DNA of 64,000 nt. Source: an uncultured Deferribacteres bacterium. Lineage in GTDB: Bacteria; Zhuqueibacterota; Zhuqueibacteria; Zhuqueibacterales; Geothermadaptataceae. The notes beneath the pieces are model-generated. The model did no database searches and was not told where the DNA came from. It saw only the letters and a program-made list of their open reading frames with translations. The position numbers were made by a program, and so were the translations under genes. Location: positions 1-64,000 of the forward strand of contig CAXHAT010000003.1 in assembly GCA_964014485.1 (NCBI GenBank), given 5' to 3'. Positions 60,411 through 64,000 of the stretch are shown here, in pieces (the first letter of the stretch is position 1; each line of letters begins with the position of its first letter).

Positions 60411-60604
60411 GCCGCGCCCCCGTTTCCTTTTTTATCGCGGTCCCTTGTGCATGAATCAGTTCGGTCCCACTCCGCCAACACTTTAAAAAAACCACAGATA
60501 TTTTCTACGATGACGCGAGCGTCTTCTTTCGTCGGTTCAAAGTCGCCGTATTTTCTCCAAAAAAGCACTGTTTGATCGATCAGATTCGTAGTATTGCCAG
60601 CCAT
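60407..60604 (-). CDS. Small hypothetical protein translationally coupled to the primase
   Basis: ATGA overlap; 'LIDQT..FW...EDAR.IVENI.GFF.VL.EW'. Confidence 0.6.
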   Translation of the reverse strand: MAGNTTNLIDQTVLFWRKYGDFEPTKEDARVIVENICGFFKVLAEWDRTDSCTRDRDKKGNGGAA

Positions 60605-60625
60605 GATGTAAGCCTTCAAAATAAA

Positions 60626-60780
60626 AACCCCCGAAAGGCTCTACCCATAGAAGCATTTTTCGGGGGTTATTGATTGTGCAAGCGGACTTGCAACAGATTG
60701 TTGAGATTTTGGGCTGGGTAGCGCCTTCGATGAGAAAGGCGCTACATTTCGTGTAGCAATGCTACAAACCGTGTAGCAAT
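60626..60780 (-). promoter_or_regulatory. Leader with terminator/anti-terminator pairing and two tandem palindromic operator-like sites
   Basis: Hairpin 60626-60668; 60635-60647 complementary to 60715-60727; two GCTACA-N5-TGTAGC at 60741 and 60761. Confidence 0.6.
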
Positions 60781-60799
60781 TTAAACTTTTTTGAAAAAT

Positions 60800-62875
60800 C
60801 TAATCGGTGTGCCACTCAAATGGATTGTCAGGGTTATAAACGAGAGTCCGGCCGGTTTGAATACTTGACCTTAAATGTCTCGCCAATATGTCGTGATACG
60901 ATGAAATCTTTGTAATTGATCTCGAAATTGCGCGACTTACACTTTTGCGGATTCGCTCCTGTGTGCTTGATACCTTTCGAGGTCGACCTTTTTCTGTAAG
61001 GGCGGATTTCAAATATGCGACAATCCGCTCTTTCTGAAATTTTAATCCATCCAATTTTCCGACATCATTATTCTCCTCGGTTTCTTGTATTTCCTCTTCC
61101 AAATCCATAAGTTCTTTTTTCAAGTTTTCCGCACCTTCCTTCGATATAAGAAAATCAGGCAGGTCATCATCTCCAACACGCATCCCGAACTCAGAAAGCG
61201 ACTTTTTGTCCGTTTGAAATCCCGTTTGACGACCGCTAAAAATTGATCCATGTACTTCTTGATAAACAGTGAGTACATGAACTTCTTTCCTGAGCGGCTT
61301 TTTCAACAGAAAAGCGATGTACTCCAGACCAATACTATGCTCCATGTTGATTGTTTTGTTTTCAAATCGCAGCGTCCATTTCTGACCATCTCTCCTAAAA
61401 ATCGACTGGTTTAACACTTCATCCGGGGCTTCTGATAGCGACGCCTTCTCTTTTGGCAGGCACAGTCGTATCAGGCAATTCAAAGGCAAGTCGTCCAAAA
61501 TAATATCGCGCGCGTGGTTCTTCACCGCCCCTTCAAGAACTTCCTGGATTTGTTGGCCGTGACGCTGATGAAGCTCAAAAATATCGCTTCCAACCTGATC
61601 CGGCGTTCCATCCAGGAACTGGATGACTCTGCTCGCCTCGCCAAATTTGGTAAAAAAGTTGAAATCTGAAATCATCGAAAGCTCTTTTGCCGTGCGAACA
61701 TAAGATTCGAGCAAGGTGATTTGCTCCGTATTTTCTCTCTTTCCGGTTAGCAAATCAACATTGTAGATTTCATCGGGATCGTCTTCAGCATACCGGCTTG
61801 CCAAAGCGGCAAAACGGCGATCAATACATTGCGAGCATTTTCCGCAGTGCGAATGGGCTTTCGTCCTCTCCCATGTGCGGCTGCAACTTATGGTATGCTT
61901 AATCAATTCCCGGCAGCCCGAATCGCCTATAAAATCGACCACATCGGTTTTCGTTTTCCACATAAACGGATTTTCGATTGTAAACCTCTCGTTTGTCACA
62001 AGACTAAAAAAGTCAGAAAAGGCACTCAACGCTTTCGGGTGCGTCGTTCGGCTGGCGCGCGAACCGACAAGTTGTTCCGAGATCGGTAAATTGATGCTCG
62101 TGACGCCGTTTTCATAAAACTTTAGCGTGGACAGTTTGAAAGCGTGTGCGACCGTCGCACCTAAAACAGCATAGAGAAACGAGCGTGTTCTTTGCGTGTG
62201 CTCCCGTCCCAAATTCTTGTCTTTATTGACCCAAATGGGCACATGAAAAACAGTCGCTGGCTTGCAATATGTTTTCAGATCGTGAACAAGCTCTCTTCTG
62301 ACACCAATAGATTTTGGCGTTGACGTGTGCGTAACCAAAAGTGTGTTTTTATGATTGTTCACGCATTCTTCTATCGCGCCGCCCAAAGAATCGAGCCCGC
62401 CGGAAAACATAATAACCGCGTTGGGTTTCGCGCCAATAATCTCTTCCTGTCCAAAAGCGAAAGATTGTCCCGGCGTTTCCACTTTTTCAAGTTTGGAGAA
62501 TTGAAAAACATAATTGTCATCAGAGAGAAATTCCAATGCGTCAATTAAGGCGGGATAAATCTCGGAAGATGACCAAAAACCCGGATTTCGAACAGGCAGG
62601 TGAAACGCGAAGGAGCGCCGCCAGTTTCCGCCGATGCCGGGAGAAGTCGATCCGCCGCGCGTGAAGCTCTGATCCGCGGAATACACATAAGCCGCGATCT
62701 CGAGTAAATCAGTAAAAATGCTTGAAATTCGACTTGCCAGGCGTTTGCTCAAATCATGGGTCAACAGGAAAACATTCGGATTTTTGCCGTGCAGATTGAG
62801 GCGAACGACGCTGTCATCCTGAAATGAGCCGGCCGGTTCCACGCCGCTGCAATAAAATATACGCTCACGTCCCAT
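60800..62875 (-). CDS. QueC-like (QatC-type) PP-loop protein fused to a C-terminal putative DNA-binding domain
   Basis: SGGLDS, RTRSFLY, ENG..SIN.P, SRTTHP, NPF..KTK, SC..HCGKCSQCIDRR; extra ~200-aa C-terminal domain. Confidence 0.8.
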   Translation of the reverse strand: MGRERIFYCSGVEPAGSFQDDSVVRLNLHGKNPNVFLLTHDLSKRLASRISSIFTDLLEIAAYVYSADQSFTRGGSTSPGIGGNWRRSFAFHLPVRNPGFWSSSEIYPALIDALEFLSDDNYVFQFSKLEKVETPGQSFAFGQEEIIGAKPNAVIMFSGGLDSLGGAIEECVNNHKNTLLVTHTSTPKSIGVRRELVHDLKTYCKPATVFHVPIWVNKDKNLGREHTQRTRSFLYAVLGATVAHAFKLSTLKFYENGVTSINLPISEQLVGSRASRTTHPKALSAFSDFFSLVTNERFTIENPFMWKTKTDVVDFIGDSGCRELIKHTISCSRTWERTKAHSHCGKCSQCIDRRFAALASRYAEDDPDEIYNVDLLTGKRENTEQITLLESYVRTAKELSMISDFNFFTKFGEASRVIQFLDGTPDQVGSDIFELHQRHGQQIQEVLEGAVKNHARDIILDDLPLNCLIRLCLPKEKASLSEAPDEVLNQSIFRRDGQKWTLRFENKTINMEHSIGLEYIAFLLKKPLRKEVHVLTVYQEVHGSIFSGRQTGFQTDKKSLSEFGMRVGDDDLPDFLISKEGAENLKKELMDLEEEIQETEENNDVGKLDGLKFQKERIVAYLKSALTEKGRPRKVSSTQERIRKSVSRAISRSITKISSYHDILARHLRSSIQTGRTLVYNPDNPFEWHTD

Positions 62876-63647
62876 TGACCCGCCCCCGCCGTGTCAACTC
62901 ACTTCTGATTTTCTTCAGCGCGAAATAGACAAATCCTTTTGCGCTCTGATGATCGATACCGCCTTCGAAAGTGTTCTTGGAAAACCAGCCGCCGGCAAAT
63001 TCTTCCATAATCCGCGCCGTTTGGCGGCAATGCACTTCGAGCGCTTTTTTGAATTCGCCATGCTTATCGATATTCGCAAAGCGTTTTCCCGGCCCGACGT
63101 GATTCGAGAGTTCCCGGCTCAAGTAATAGGTCAAATAACGTTTGGTCACACGAGAAAAGAAATCGTGAGCAATGTGGCTGAATTGCTTCTTGTATGAAAA
63201 CCCCTTAAACGCACCCTGAACGCTTTCAGCGGAAACACCGAATAGACTGTCTGTTTTTGCGCCCGCGACTGCGGTCAAGCTCTCCGCCGCGGCGAGTTGG
63301 GCGATTTCGCTCAAATCGTTGCGCCGACCATATTCTTTGTTTTTCTGATCGACAATGTTTGAAAATGCGGAAACGATTTCCAATAAAGAGGGCGAATCTG
63401 AAACGGCAAGATCAAGACTTCTAAGCGCGCTGGCGAAGTTTTTCTCGTGGGCGGCGGCGGGAATTTGTGTGAGCAGCCAGAAGGCGTGAACAAAGGCGGG
63501 ATCGTCAGGGGCTTGTCTTAACCCTTTTTTTGAAGCGTCAAGAACGGCGGCGGCGATTTCTGACGCCGACGAACCGTTGGCAACAAGCCCGACGACAGTT
63601 TGCCAGCTCTCTGTTTTGGGAAGATTTCCCAGGCGAAGATGCCCCAA
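62865..63647 (-). CDS. Helical partner of the QueC-like protein (QatB-like by position)
   Basis: TTG start with GAGG RBS; MGHLRLG N-terminus; overlaps the QueC-like start by 11 bp. Confidence 0.65.
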   Translation of the reverse strand: MGHLRLGNLPKTESWQTVVGLVANGSSASEIAAAVLDASKKGLRQAPDDPAFVHAFWLLTQIPAAAHEKNFASALRSLDLAVSDSPSLLEIVSAFSNIVDQKNKEYGRRNDLSEIAQLAAAESLTAVAGAKTDSLFGVSAESVQGAFKGFSYKKQFSHIAHDFFSRVTKRYLTYYLSRELSNHVGPGKRFANIDKHGEFKKALEVHCRQTARIMEEFAGGWFSKNTFEGGIDHQSAKGFVYFALKKIRSELTRRGRVNGT

Positions 63648-63740
63648 ATTCTTTCCTCACTCAATCCTGAATATAACACGATCACTATTGGCTATTAATA
63701 CCGGCAGGATATGTAACGCTTTTGAGTATGTTGCCCTAAT

Positions 63741-64000
63741 TTATTCGAGATCAGGTTCACCAACGCCTATCTCAGGCGCTATTTGGCGTTCTTCTACAGA
63801 AGTCTTTTTCACAAATTTACTAAAAAGAAAATCACCGAGAGGTACTGACAACAATCCAATAACAGCGCCGCCTAAGAAATCTTCTACATGAAGGGAGATA
63901 GGTAGATTTAAATTACTCAGTCGTCGAGTCATCAAGATTGTGACGATTGACACGATGGATCCAGAGCAGAAAATCGCAAATCCGTCAACAATCATTGTAA
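63741..64000 (-). CDS. Hypothetical membrane protein, probably truncated by the window end
   Basis: Two hydrophobic helices; frame open to the edge. Confidence 0.45.
   Translation of the reverse strand, partial: TMIVDGFAIFCSGSIVSIVTILMTRRLSNLNLPISLHVEDFLGGAVIGLLSVPLGDFLFSKFVKKTSVEERQIAPEIGVGEPDLE

Larger units (their letters stand above)
56336..64000 (-). mobile_element. Integrative element inserted at the tRNA-Asn 3' end (continues past the window)
   Basis: Large serine recombinase abutting the tRNA, RHH regulator, primase-helicase, accessory cargo. Confidence 0.85.

Noticed and set aside
60800..62875. Housekeeping queC
   Set aside because: About three times longer than QueC, has QatC-type motifs, sits on a mobile element, and has no queD/queE/queF nearby

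Overview
Bacterial genomic window of moderate GC. T9SS-type sorting domains and a PorP/SprF-like barrel suggest an FCB-group lineage such as KSB1/Calditrichota (inference only). In order it holds: a TolC/MacA/MacB-type export operon, transport and peptidase genes, a CNNM gene and an unusual DUF1538-DUF1538-CMP-kinase-like fusion, and a three-gene biosynthetic cluster (carbamoyltransferase; Thr-type NRPS; KS-AT-ACP-aminotransferase-C-A(Gly)-T-TE hybrid). Next come a cassette-like patch (pentapeptide-TIR gene, attC-like site, brnTA with a frameshifted toxin) and a 12-kb nine-gene operon that combines T9SS-type parts (PorP/SprF barrel, type A and type B CTD cargo, VWA adhesin) with an ExbB/ExbD/ExbD/TonB-like motor. 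The window ends with tldD, an ECF-like sigma factor, and tRNA-Asn followed by a serine-recombinase integrative element. That element carries a primase-helicase and a QatB-like/QueC(QatC)-like pair in which the QueC protein has an extra C-terminal putative DNA-binding domain. The window is also rich in MITEs and palindromic repeats, several inserted in frame inside proteins. All product calls come from motif recognition by eye; no database searches were run.
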